Source of the DNA: Octopus bimaculoides
Taxonomy: Eukaryota
Length of the DNA stretch: 64,000 bases
Reading direction: 5' to 3'
Assembly (NCBI RefSeq): GCF_001194135.2
Contig: NC_068988.1
Span: forward strand, 71,062,182-71,126,181
Shown here: one piece after another, positions 37,521 to 50,712 of the stretch
Position numbering within the stretch: the stretch's first letter is position 1
Layout: each line of letters starts with the position of its first letter
Made by a program: the position numbers and the translations under genes
Notes under the pieces: generated by a model
What the model was told of the DNA's origin: nothing
What the model saw: the letters and a program-made list of their open reading frames with translations, nothing else
The model's database searches: none

Positions 37521-39219
37521 CAATTACAGCGTGTAAGACAAATATTAGCTATTTCAAAGCACTCAAAGACTGTTAACTTCACTTAAACATTTATTATTTG
37601 GTGTCAAAAAATTTCAGGACAATTGGTGTTTAAGTGAAGTTAACAGATTTTGTGTGTTTTTAAATGGCTAATTTGTGTTTTCGATGCTGTAATTGTGTTA
37701 GTCGCAACACACGGTCTCCAGGCGAATCACTTGCCAGACAAATACCATCCCAAAATATTATTATTAATTATTTTTCTTTTTTACTTTATTTTGATGCATA
37801 TATTTATATAGCTTCATAACATTATGTTAAAGATTATATGAAAATAATTTTGACAACAACAACATAAAGTCATTAATCTAGCGTGAATGATGTAAAACTG
37901 CCATATGCTGTGCGATCGTTTTCTGTATACAGAGTAGAAATAGAACGATATATCTGTCTGTTAATTCTAGAACATTATATTCCTTCCAGGTGTAATTAGA
38001 GCGTGAAATGAAGCAAATGAAGACGTGTAACTAAAATTTCCGATACACTAATTTCATTATTTGCATGGAAAAATAGGGCTTCAGAGGAAAAATCCACACT
38101 GCTACATAGTCGTAGTTTATAGACTCGTTTCTGAATCTCTGTTAAAATGAGAGCAGGATTTGTCCATTTCTCCGATGTCATTGAGGAGTATTAGATTGTC
38201 GTTAACTTTACCAATTTGCTTGAACATTTCTCAAATCAAACAACTGTCCTTCGTTCATGTTTTCTCGCCGTTCTGTATTTCTGTCTTGGAGTTTTATGTC
38301 ACACATATCAATAAAGTTTTATCTTGAGAATTATCGCCATGAGGAATCCTGAATTCTAAAATATTTTGTGCAGTATTTTTGCAGAATAAGAAACAAGCGT
38401 TTTCCGCAACTAGACTAACTGGGGTGTTACTCCGTTATTTTTTAATTTCTTGAATATATTTTTGTGTAGTAAGTCCAGAAATAGTATGACTACATAGATA
38501 ATTTTCACTTACATGTTCCAATGTCTTTTCTTTCTTTCCTCCGACCAAATCTAGATACACTTCGATCCTTTACTTAATATCACACTCATCTTTATTTCTT
38601 GGCTGAATTCATGAGTAATTTTTGGTGAGTTCTCCAGAAGGTGATCATCCTTACAAATAGTTTCGGATCATCCATTTACAAGAGATGGCATATACTTTTT
38701 CCGAGGCAAAAGAGTAGAAAGTAAAATGAGTCCCCATGAAAGATTCATGGAAATTCTTTCTTAAAGCTGTCTTAACCATCTTTCCTTTGCTTTTTAGTGA
38801 TATGATTGCTCTCTAATTTGACGTCGTATGATTGATACAGCGTGTTAATATTGGTACTATTCTATTTATTAAGGAGTGTCTGTATTAACCATGCATGTGC
38901 GATACTCGTATAAAATGCTTTTTAATAATCAATCCATTTAATGCTAAGTTTTGTTTTATTTTTGTTGCATTTTATTATATCCTAGTCCACTAGTAGCTGC
39001 TCTTTTTAGCCAGGCATCCATTTCCATCCCAGTTTCTTTTAGCTATGGTTTTTTGTATTTGTTTGTACACAACCACATCACTTGCAACAACCGAACTCAC
39101 AGTATAGCAACCACAAAAAAGAAAATAAAAGCAATAAGAACAACTACAACAAAAACAGTAATAGCCAAATTTCACTGATGAAAATATAAACAATTGCAAA
39201 TAAATGGAGTCTGTCAGAC

Positions 39220-39267
39220 GAAGGCCTTGATGAATACCACAAGGTATGAAAATACATATTCGCCTTT
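39220..39267 (+). ncRNA. Compact type I hammerhead ribozyme-like motif (one extra U in core)
   Basis: aaggc-C(T)TGATGA-atacc acaa ggtat-GAAA-at acat at-T-C-gcctt: helix I aaggc/gcctt, helix II 5 bp, helix III 3 bp, UUC triplet. Confidence 0.65.
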
Positions 39268-39512
39268 ATATATTTAATTCTTTATATTGAACACTCAATA
39301 TTTCATGTATTCAATAAGACATTCAATATTTCATTTCATTGTAACATCTATTTTTATATTATATATTATATATTCCATATTCTATATCCCACATTAATTT
39401 TACAAGAATATAAATGAAACATAAAAAAACAGAGAGTTGGAACTCTTTTAAATAAGATAATACATTCCTCTATACACGATCATACAAAACCCTTTTTTTG
39501 TATTTATTTTTA

Positions 39513-39561
<49 letters not shown>

Positions 39562-39683
39562 GGATAAAAAACGGATCTTTTTGGTTTGACGGGCAACATT
39601 TTTCATTAATGCTTTATGTAGTGTTTTTGGTACCGAAACACTTACAAACTTCGTATACTTGTATATTTTGTATTATAGAACAG

Positions 39684-40295
39684 TTAAAAAATTTTGTATT
39701 CGAAGTTATTTCATGTAAAAAGTTGTCGTATTTCGGTAATTTCAACCAATCACTGACGTCTATTGAGGTGAAAACAATTACTGCCGTAAGAATGTAAACA
39801 ACATTTTCTAACGGTGTTACGGGATCTTTCCCCNNNNNNNNNNNNNNNNNNNCCCTTGAATAAAATTAGTGCCGTTGTTTGTCAACAACTATCCGTGTTA
39901 CTGTTATTTATGACATCGTTCGTGCGTTTGTACTGGTTTTAGCTTTATGGTTTTAGGGTTAGGGTTCGGGTTTTAGAGTTAGGGTTAGTTTTAGGATTAC
40001 GGTTAGGGTTATGATTATTTTTGCCATAACCTCACTCATAACCCTAACCCTAAAACCCTAACCCTAACCCGAACCTTAACCCAAACGCACGAACGATGTT
40101 ATAAATAACTACCGCCGAAAACAACGGCACTAATTTTATTCAAGGGAAAAGATCCCTTAACACCGTTAGAATATGCTGTTTACATTCTTACGGCAGTAAC
40201 TGTATTCTGCTGAATAGACGTCAGTGATTGGTTGAAATTACACAAATACGACAACTTTAACATGAAATAACTTGCGATGTACAATTTTTTGTTAA
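39684..40295. mobile_element. Foldback/MITE-like palindrome (about 600 bp) with central TTAGGG and CCCTAA tracts
   Basis: Arms of about 250 bp are reverse-complementary (e.g. gttgtcgtatttc...caaccaatcactgacgtctatt versus aatagacgtcagtgattggttg...aaatacgacaac); TTAA at 39684 and 40292. Confidence 0.85.
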
Positions 40296-41105
40296 GAAGG
40301 GGTCAGAAGGGGTCTATATTTTGTGATGAAGAGAGACTCTTTATTAATTCTTTGGCTGTAGGTTGTATCGTCTCTGAATTGATAGAGGGGGGAAATTCTG
40401 AAACTTGGATTTTTATTATTGGCGCAAATATCGATGTGTTGGCTGAATGCTATTTTTTTTGTTTTGGGGAATTTTGATTTGGGATTTGTGCAGAGCCATC
40501 CGTTGACGCAGGCTGTTTTTTTTTTGTTTGGCCTATGTACTGCTCTTGACACCCAGAGCAGGTCAATGCGTATATCAGGTTCTCCGAAGTACATGTAAAG
40601 CTGCTTTTCACTTTGAAATTTTGTCCCTGTTTGAGGAGAACTCTGATTCCTCAATTAGATTGATGCATATTCCGCAGTTGGGTCTACCGCATTTTTTTAC
40701 TGACGGCTTCAGTGTTTTTGTTGAGGGTATTCGAGCTTGTGTTAGGAGACTTTTCATAGATTTGGGCTGTCTCTTGCTTTTTATAATGGTATGTGTTTGG
40801 AGGATTAAGTTCATTCTGTGGTCCTTTTTTAGCAGGGGAATGTTTTGAAGTATGGTGTCAAAGGCTTCGTTGTTAAGAGGATTGTATGTGGAAATGTATG
40901 GTAGGGCTTTTGGTTGTAAGACCTTCTTTAATTTGGGATGTCTGAGTTCGTGGATGCTGAGTTGAAGGGCTCGTTGAAAGCATGTATCAATTAGTGTAGA
41001 TGGGTAGTTCCTGGTGGTGAGAGTATCCTTTAGTTCATGTAGTCGAGTGTCACTGGTGGTTGCATTACACGAGTGTGCCCGGAGGGCTTAGGCATAGGTG
41101 ATCTG
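40292..41105 (-). mobile_element. Penelope-like retroelement 3' fragment (RT thumb, linker, GIY-YIG endonuclease), frameshifted
   Basis: DTRLHELKDTLTTRNYPSTLI...LPYISTYNP...KKCGRPNCGIC...FTCTSENLIYALTCSGCQEQYIGQT...KESLFITKYRPLL. Confidence 0.9.
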
Positions 41106-41139
41106 ACATCAATAAGATTTGAGGATAAGAAGCCGTTTT

Positions 41140-41400
41140 TAGTAGAGGGTTAAATGAAATGCAAGGAAACACAACTGTGGAGCAAAGACCAAAATGTGCT
41201 GGTGAGCAACTCTGTGACAATTAGTCGGAAGGCTTTTTCTGGATGCAGTTTAAAACGCCCGTGTATGCAGCTTCAGCACCACAGACTCAAATGTTGTATT
41301 ATCAAGCAGTTGCCAAATCGTAGACATCCAGACTATTGAGCAGTATTCTTTAATTTGATGCTTCTGGAGACTCAAGTTCCTTCATCGATGGTATTATCTG
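41140..41400 (-). pseudogene. CR1/L2-like LINE C-terminal remnant
   Basis: EYCSIVW...CIQKK(A)FRLI matches the CR1/L2 LEYCS.VW...IQ.KA.RLI motif. Confidence 0.55.
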
Positions 41401-42835
41401 ATATAGAAAAAGTTTCAATTTTTAAGTGACGCTCTACACGGAGAACTTTACCGAGGCTCACAGCATTTTAGCCGATACCTCTACTCGCTTGGCTATTGCG
41501 ATATCACAAAATTATGTTAATAGAGAATTAAAATATGGGTGAACGATATAAAATGTCTCATGAGAAACAGTGTGAAGGCCAGTAGCCAAGTAAATAAGCT
41601 GTTAGGCTTGCGATCATAAGATTATGGTTTTTGAACATAAGATCGGGCGGTACATTGTGTCCTTGTGGGAGGTACTTCATATTGTTCTAGTCTGCTTAGT
41701 TAAAATGAGAAACAACTGTCACATTCTGGGTGTTCGTTGAGTGAAGAGTAGAAGGATCGGAATATGTCTATGCCTATTCGCGATTACATAGTAGTATAAA
41801 CATGGGAAATCCTCTTCGATTACAAGTAGCAGTTATAATTCATAACTAATAGTGCTTAGCTCTAGTTTCATGGAATTAAGCAGAAGCTGGCCAGATGCTC
41901 CGCTGAGATAGAAATCTGTCTATCATTGATAAAATTCACAGAAGATCTGGTTACCTGTTGCTAACTGCTACCAAAACTGCAATGCAGAAAATTAGTTTTT
42001 ATACACAAATGCACTACTAAACACTAGCAGCAAATTTAAACTTGATCCATCCAGATTGGTAGTCCAATATCTTGCTTCTTCTAACATTTCTCCTGTTGAA
42101 GTCAACTAGATGGTCTGTCTAGAACTCGAATCCATCAATGAATCTACTTGTCACTCTTTAAGAGAGGTAGTAAATAGAGTGTTCAAATTGTGCTCTACAC
42201 TATTTTAGCAACCATTTCATTTTATTTAAAACAACTTTGATATCTCTATCTTACAGTGACAATGTTAAAGCTGGTTTATACACGTATCTTTTTACTTGTA
42301 TTAGTAATCTTTAATTAAAAAAACCCCAAATAAACAATGATTTAAATAGAAAACAAAAGAAAGCAACAACAAGAAACAAACTAGCGATGATAGAAAAATT
42401 GGTGCTTCTTTTACTGAAACAATTTTAAAATGCAGATACAAAACTGAAAGTAATGTTATCAGCATTAAAACACACAAACTACATGACTGAAGAAAGACAA
42501 CAATTAATATAGTCATTCACTGGATGTTGGAAATGGAGTTTATTCATTGTTGACAGTTGTTTAACAACCTTGATTCCCCGAAGCTTTTAGTTCGATGAAA
42601 CTAGAATCACATAATAATACAGATACATGCACGCTCACGCAAACACACACACACACACACACACAACACACACACACACTACAGTTATGCATACACTGCA
42701 CACTCAAAAGCAAAATTCAGCCTGAGTTTGTGAGTTCTTTTGCATTTATATAATGAAATATCACGTTAGTATCATTATCATCATCATCATCGTCATCGTT
42801 GTCATCGTCATCTCGCCACCACCACCATCACCCAC

Positions 42836-42896
<61 letters not shown>

Positions 42897-42897
<1 letters not shown>

Positions 42898-43400
42898 CGG
42901 CAAGCTGGCCAAATCGTTAGCAAGCTGGACAAAATGCTTACCGGTATTTCGCCCGTCGCTACGTTCTGAATTTTAATTCCGCCGAGGTCGACTTTCCTTT
43001 TCATCATTTCAGGGTAGATGAAATAAGTACCAGTAAAGTACTGGGGTCGATGTAATCGACTTTCATCCTCCCCCCAAATTTCAGGCCTTGTGCCTATAGC
43101 AGAAAGGATTATTATTGTTGTTGTTGTTGCAGTTATTTTATTTTCTAGTTCCAAAGTTGTTTATTGTTTATACGCACAAATTATACGTTCTGAGTTCAAA
43201 TATCGCCGAGGTCGACTTTGCTTTTCATTTAAACTCTTGGATTCGATAAAATAAGTACCAGTTGAGAACTATGGTCGATGGCATCAGCTAATTTACTTCC
43301 CCATATTTCAGGCCGCGTGCTTATAGTGGGAAGCATTATTAGTATTACTAGTAAGGCGGTGAGCTGGCAGAATCGTTACCGTGTCGGACAGAAGGCACTT
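42897..43400 (+). mobile_element. Three co-oriented SINE family B pieces next to (ATT)n (about 42897-43112, 43180-43340, 43353-43400)
   Basis: Full copy gcggcaagctggccaaatcgttagc...agcagaaaggattattatt, a 3' part, then a head. Confidence 0.85.
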
Positions 43401-44699
43401 CTCCCAGCTCTTTACTATTATTATTGTTGTTGTTGTTGTTGATGTTGGAAATAACAAATTTAAATTGGTAGCATGATCCGTTGTTGGTGAAAATATTCCG
43501 TAAGTGCCAGGAATGTTTTATAGCGCTGGTTCCCTAATTGATAAATAGGTTAGGACAAAAATAAAACAATTGCTATAAAATCTGTAGAAACACGTTCCAA
43601 CACACGCAATTCCACATAGATACAGACGTATTCCTTTACAGATAGATATGCGTGCGTACACATCTTGAACGCTACTCCTCTCATTTCTTGACACACGGAT
43701 ACCTAATGTAACAGTGAAAGTGTACAAAATACCATCAAACTGTTACGTAAAGTCTTATATTTTGGCAGCAATATATTCATAATGTTATTTCAATCAACGA
43801 TAAGCTACACTTACTTCTAATTTAAGCCGACATCACAGTTCTATAACAGTTGGTAAATAAATACTTTATACACCAGGAAATGTAGATAGCTGATAAGATC
43901 CTCATAGATTTCTTTTTCAAAGATGAATCCACCTAATGACTTAAAAATGTTTTGTAAGGTTATTTATATATTGAAGACGTAATCTAGCAATACCTGTGAA
44001 ATTTCTAGTAATTTTGAAGACTATAAGATTGTTGGAAGTTTATAGAGAGCAATGAAGTACACGATTTCTTTTGAAATTATATTTAGTATAAATGTGGCAT
44101 CTATAATAGCTTACATCTTCGATTTCATTCCCTAGTTTATCAACCAATCGCCATACAAACAAAGTATTGTGCTTCCAATAGATAATGGTTTCGATTTCGC
44201 TCCATAAGGTATAATGTTTCAAGCATAGACAGAAGCAGAACAATAGATTTTGTTTTGCTTTTTGTGTGCATCAAAATGTAGCGTTCCAGCATTGCTATAA
44301 CTATGATAGCTGAAGTTTTAAAGAGCGCATATAGCAAAAGATAAGCTAGTCTAGATTACGATACAGTTTCATTAACTGACTCAAGCCTTTCCACTTCACT
44401 TAAACCACTAATAATTTCGTTGTGTAACAGGACTATGTTTAAAGGCGTCCACAGATTACATTGTCCAAATGTATATTCAGTTTAATTTAAGATATTAGAA
44501 TGTAATTTGAGTGAGATATGACTATTAATTCTCAAGATCGACGACTGAGCGTTATTGACTTACCACTGAAATCAGCAGAAGTAACAGCATCAACGAAAAC
44601 AGCAGCTACCTCCCCATCCACCCCATGACAACAACAGCAATAAGGAGAACATCGCTACCATCCGTAACAGAATATCCCAAACCCAACACAACAACACAA

Positions 44700-45705
44700 G
44701 ACATACACCTCCTTAATTCAAATCAGTCAGATATGTCCTGCAACGAGGGTAAGAAAGAGGAACAAAGGGAAAATTATCCCTAGAAAAGGGGAGAGGAAAA
44801 AAAAGGGAAAACAAATCTGTTTTCACAAAAAAAAAAAAAGGTGGGAGACTGGTTGAGAGCAGAAAACTCCACAACAAAACATCAATTCCAACTTCACCAC
44901 CAACGCCACTACCACAACACCAACAACAAACAACAGGCAACACCAATGTTAAAACACCACAACCAAGTGCAGAAGAACTAAGAAATGAGGAGCAAGGGAG
45001 TCCAGTCTCACTCAGAAATAGGTTGTGAGAAAACAATTCCTGAAGGATCGGGTAAAGTTACCGAACAGCAACATCCTCTCCGTCATCTATTAACTCTTGC
45101 CTGTAGTGCCAGAACTCTGGTTGGATAATCTGGTATTTGTCTTTTTGTGAAAGGGACGCGTTCTGCACCAGCTGAGTGGAAAATTGTATATGCCTGAGTT
45201 ACTGATGCGCATCCATGCACTGAGGCTGTGATATTTTCAGCAAATCCACAGGTGTGGATGAGGCTTCCTACAACTCATCCTTTGACAAAGTTGCAGTCCT
45301 GGGTCAGCCAAAGGCTGTAACAAGGTGTTTGGCGTCTGGAGGGTAATCAAACGCTCTCGTCCTCTACCAGTTGGGCAATGTGTTAAGTAGAAGCGCCATG
45401 TTAATGTCCATAGAAGATTAGGCGATAAGCAAAGTGATGTCGATCTCTGGAAGCTCTGGATGTTGATGAAAATCGACTGGCTGGTCTGTTTCGAAGGGCT
45501 TTTAGGTCAGGGAAAAAAACTGATTTCCAGATATCCCTAGCCTTGCAGTGCTACTGGGAAGAAACATCACCAGTTCGAGGTAAGCTCTATAAACAGAGAA
45601 GTGCCAACACCGGGTAAGTCCGAAATGCGCGAAGAGTGATGTAGCTGTTCTGTATGCAGTCGTCCCGTGTCTGAGCATTGTTGACTTGTTGAGCATCTGC
45701 CCTCA
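44700..45705 (+). mobile_element. Older Tx1/L1-like fragment (post-RT ORF2 at about 45000-45705, preceded by P/T/Q-rich sequence)
   Basis: SLKDRVKLPNSNILSVIY...MPELLMRIHALRL...VRGKLY...CAKSDVAVLYAVVPC parallels the element at 4100-4900. Confidence 0.7.
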
Positions 45706-47004
45706 CGAGTGAGGACAATATATTCTAATCAAATACTTCTATTGGTAAGATCATCCCACTGCCGAGTCGATGTAATCGATTTATTTCTCCTTGTCCTTAA
45801 ATTGCTGGTCTTGTGCCAAATGTTGAAATATTATCATTAATTTTTGTTGTTGTTATTTCGAGCACCTTTGATTAAGCTGTAAGTCATTGATTAAGATACT
45901 TTTTGATGAGGTCCTTTCTTTTAAGTCATCCACACCCCAAAGAAAGGCTTTCAAGTTACTAACATGCCTTTTGTTCCTTCAAAAATATATATAAGAAATT
46001 TTGTCTCCCCAAAAGAAACTTATATCATTCATTTAAGTTTGTTAGTTGTTTGTTAGTTGTTTAGGACTCCGCTTTTAAACAACTTTATTTCATACTTGCC
46101 TGAACATTTTTATTATATTTGGATGCTAACTTTTTGAATTTTGTTTTCAAAGTTTTTCTCTTCGTTCTTCGTCCAAAATATGTTAGATAGCAAATATATT
46201 CATTATTTTACTCCCGATGTGCCTTTGGAAGCTTTATCTTTGTGTTGAGAAGGAATACAGACACTCATACGCACACATCCACACACAGAGAAAATAATCA
46301 AAAGCAAATCATATAACATACAATACTTAGCGTTTTATTTTCTATTTCGTATGATTCCTGTATAAATAATGACTTATGTCCTATAATGGAGATAATATTT
46401 TGGATTGATTTTTAATATATCATTAAGGAATTACTAAAATAGAATTTTGTGACAAAATGTGAAAGATCAGCCAAAATATTGTTTGATGAATTGTCAGCTT
46501 TTTAAAAAGTTTCCCCCACGTCTCTCAGAAATTTCCTCAAATATTCAACTTTGATATTTGAAGCTCATGTCCCGCTATATCCTTTTAGTATATGTTTCTA
46601 ACACTGAAAGATTTATGAAACACGTACTATTTTCTCTTCTTTCCCATTTTTTACCGCACGATCTCCAGGAATAATAACGTTGCAATGAAAGGTAACCTCT
46701 TCACCGCACACATATATCATCTTAATAGCCATGGCATTAAACTCAGTTCATATAGTTATGAACTGCAAAATAGTCAAGTTCTTCAGTTGCATACAGTTTT
46801 AAGTTGAATTCCTTTTATTTTGCTTATTCAGAAGAGGAACTATGTCTCACAAATCTCACCAATAGTTGTTATCTTCTATGAATGATGAGAAGTTAATTAA
46901 CTTGACCCTGTGACTAAAGTTAGGTTTCAGGAAGGGATAAGCTATGGAGATTGATGTAATATTTTAAAGTATGGACGAAATATTTAATACAAGTCATTAT
47001 ACAT

Positions 47005-47362
47005 ATGCACAGACGTGGCTGTGTGGTTAGAAGTTTCTTCCTAACCGCATGGTTCAGTCCCACTGCGTTGCACTTCAGGCAAGTGACTGTTACTATAGCC
47101 TCCAGCACAACCAAAGGCTTGCGAGTGGATTTGGTCAATAAAACTGAAAGAAGCCCGTTGTATGTTTGTGTGTTTGTCCCCACCACCGCTTGCAAATCGG
47201 CGTTGGTTTGTTTACGTTCCCGTAACTTAGCAGTTCGGCAAGAACATCCGATAAAAGAAGTACCGGGTTTTAAAATAGTAGTGGAGTCGATTCATTCTAC
47301 TAAAATTCTTTAAGGCGGTGCCCCAGCAGTCTAATGACTGAAACAAGTAAATGGTAAAATAA
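47005..47362 (+). mobile_element. SINE family A, full length, uninterrupted head
   Basis: gtggctgtgtggttagaagtttcttcc...gttcagtcccactgcg...gactgaaacaagtaaatgg. Confidence 0.9.
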
Positions 47363-49387
47363 GAAGCGAAATACTTTGGTATCGTTTTAAGTATTAGATC
47401 GGCATCCAGTTTTTTTTTCTGGTTCATTGCCCAACACTGCAAATTAATGAACGGGCTTTTTTCTAACATCTATAAACTATTTGGAATTTGGGATTAGTGT
47501 CATCCCACGCTTCCATTACTTACAGTGATGAACTTGAAATTACATCATTGCACTTATTTATATCCAGATAGCAGAATGGTTTCTTTAGTCAAAGAAAATG
47601 TGAGGAATCAGCCACCACACATACCATTAACATTTCGCTTGATATACCAGTATTTCTTCCAGCTACATGTAAAAATACTGTCAATATGCTCATTATAAAC
47701 GCTCTAACTTCCAGTCGGACAAAAATATCGAGTAGGCAAGTCGTTAGACGGTTGGCTCATGATTTCTATGTGCAAATGCAGCAAAAGTGTTCAAATCCAA
47801 TGAAAGTCATTAGTTATAATTATTGACTTGATTTTTGGTGTAAAATAGCTTTTAATGGTAATTATTCGATTTAATAGTAGACCAAGACTACGATATACAC
47901 TCACAGTTAAATAGAATATACAGTACCGACGATATGATCCGAAACTCTGATATCTTGGATTGGTTCCTACCCCTCCATTATCTCATCAATAACTTATTTT
48001 CCAACAAAATATACTTGATAGAGATGAATTATTTTGAAAACTTCAATAAGTATTCAGGAAGAGGACAATCGAATTTATAAAGAATAATTAAATGGATAGA
48101 AAACTGATGTCTTCATTGGAACTAAAATGGTACAAACTGTCCCCGGAAATTGAAGAGTACATATTTGCTCTATATTCATGATTGAACAATAAACCAATTT
48201 CCAGGAATTCTATTTCTTCAAGCTCGCAACATGAACACTTTAATTTCGTAGATTAACACAAAAGCTACTTTATGTGCTTCTGCTAGGAGGAAAATCTATC
48301 AGTGACCTTTAACTGTAAAATATTTTAAAGCTTCATTCTGTGTATGATTCCCAACGAATTCGGCATTTCACGTTGTTTAACCTTTTACAATCCAGTTCCA
48401 CATTCACGCAAAGATAGACGTAATTTTGCTCATAAATTACGCCAGATGACCAATTGATATCGAAAGTACCACTTTACAATAGTTCTTCGCAAATGGCATA
48501 TCAGCTAAAGTTTAGATTTAAAATAGTGAATTACGGCATAGTATGGTAAATTGGCACAAACAGGAGAGTGGCGCGTTATTTTGCTCACGGTTTTTAGTTT
48601 TACTTTCAATGCTCACCATTCGTCGAGGTTGATTTACATTTATCTATACAAGAACGATAACGTAGTACCAGTAATATACTGAATGATCCAGTCCAATATA
48701 CTTCAAACTTCGAATGTTAATACGTTTTGTCAAAATAAGAAATCGCTATATGAGGGAAAGAAGTAGAAAATTTAGGATATCCGAGCCATTCTTAAGTACA
48801 GTAGCAACGAAGTGTAACAGCTCCTTTTGAGAATTGTAATCATGCTAGCAACATTAAAAAAAAAAGAATTATTGGTGTCAAACAGAGTAACACAAGGTGC
48901 AAATTCCCAGCAAGATCCATAACACAATTTTAATCCCTGCTTAATACTTCTGAGAAAGATTCTAGCCACATCTTATCTAATTTTGCTTTCTTTCAAACAT
49001 GAAGCTATAACTGTGACTGGTCAAAAGTAAACTGTTGTCTTCTACTATTATTTCGTGAATACCACAGATCAAGAGAATATCTGCCATTTAGGTGATCTCT
49101 TGATGCATTTTGAATTCATTGCTGAATCGCTTAGTAAAATGCATGGAAGTTAATTTCTTGAGTTTGTTCGATCAACACTTGAAAGCCACAATCCTAGAAT
49201 GAATGAAAAATTGTTTATAACAAGTTTATGCGCAGTTATTGGCAAAATGGTGGCTGCTGTAATTATGAAACTCGTTTTGAAATCACACGGTCCTGGATTT
49301 GATCTCATGAGCTGATTAATGTTTTGTGGATGAAATTTAAGACAGAGGGAAAGTGTGTGTGTTTGGTTGTTTGTGTGTGCGTGTGTA

Positions 49388-49450
<63 letters not shown>

Positions 49451-49984
49451 AAGAGAGAGAGAAAGAGAGAGTGGAGCGAGAACCTCCCCAGTGCATATTA
49501 GTACAGATTATAAACATCAACGAAGTTCTTTGTTAATATTTGTTCGTGTTTGATTATCGGAAATGCAGTGAACCAGTGCTTGGCTCGTCGGATGGCCATC
49601 ACAACTACACTAATGTTCACGATTAGACTCTCCCCAACCACCATAAAAAGAGAAAAATCTAAAGTCATCGGAGAAAAAACAACAGTTGTGTTGGTTTAAT
49701 GTTTTAAACCTAATTTTCCATCACTTTCTTCATTTTACACTGTTGTCCAATCTCAAATATATAAGTATTTGTTTTAAACTTGATAATATAAAACATGTTT
49801 TCTGAATTTATGAATAGGAGAATAGCAACTTATAAATTCCATGCTTCTCTTTCAGAGCTTTAACAGCAAAAGATTTGAAATGAAATTTCGTTTAAAAAAA
49901 TATCCATCACAAGTTTACATATTAAAACTTTTACCTATTAAAACATTTAGCTTAAACATTATTTGTTTACATTTAAACAGTTCT

Positions 49985-50345
49985 TGAAAGCATTGACTCC
50001 TGACGGTGAATGTTTTCCACATTTCTGCTTTTCTTGCTATGCTTTTAGACAAGATCAAAGCAGGTGCTTTTAGACAAGATCAAAGCAGGTGCTTTTAGAC
50101 AAGATCAAAGCATGGACCTTAAATTCGTGCCCTTGTATGTGATGAGGAATTTATTAGGAACGTGAATGGCCAGGAGAGGGCAGTGCAGCCGACTTTCATG
50201 GCAGTAATATAGATGTATAAAACTTCCTTGATTATATAAAAAAAAAGCAGAGAAATATGAAGTTGTTGCTACTAGAATATTGTTGGCTTTTCACAATCTT
50301 GGTGCAACGTTAGTGTAACTCTCCATTGTTTCTTGACGCTTAATG
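49985..50345 (+). pseudogene. Chapaev3 (CMC superfamily) transposase fragment containing a 25-bp tandem triplication
   Basis: KALTPDGECF...DKIKAG...IRALV.DEEFIRN...YEVVATRILLAFHNLG; homologous to the minus-strand copy at 53920-54450. Confidence 0.75.
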
Positions 50346-50584
50346 ATTGTTGTAAAATTATTAATAAAATATGCCGTAAACATTCGCTTGAATCTTTTCA
50401 AGTTGGCGGCTTAAAAAAACACAAAATAGATGCAATGTGGAAATTCAGTGTCTCAACACTGTGTGGTGGAAGCAACAAGTTAGTGGTTAGGGAAAAGACA
50501 CAACATGATCGACTAGGGGAAGGAAGAGGAGACAAATGCCTCAGTGGTGACCACATACCAGCCAACAAACTTGTTGATACTAAA

Positions 50585-50712
50585 CCTGTCCTTTCCTTCT
50601 AATGCATGTGCCTGGTGTACTCTTATCGGACAGGTAGTAATGATGGGTACATTGGGCTTCGTATATTTGCAGCTCAGTGTTACTTTGAAGGCATGCGCTG
50701 CTCTTTCACTTA
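50585..50712 (+). mobile_element. 3' tail of a (TAA)n-ending element, copy 1
   Basis: atgcatgtgcctggtgtac...gggcttcgtatattt...ctgctctttcacttaat, homologous to 51645-51753. Confidence 0.8.

Noticed and set aside
38140-38800. Protein-like minus-strand stretch (KAKERWLRQL...MPSLVNG)
   Set aside because: Only faint resemblance to LINE linker regions; too degraded to call.
39949-40082. True telomere or chromosome-fusion site
   Set aside because: Repeats are short and degenerate and embedded in long non-telomeric inverted arms, which fits a foldback element better.
41880-42290. hAT transposase remnant (KSTRWS)
   Set aside because: A single short motif among many stops; insufficient.
49847-49900. 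Terminal exon after a strong polypyrimidine AG (ALTAKDLK*)
   Set aside because: No supporting upstream exon, and it lies next to a Chapaev3 fragment to which it may belong.
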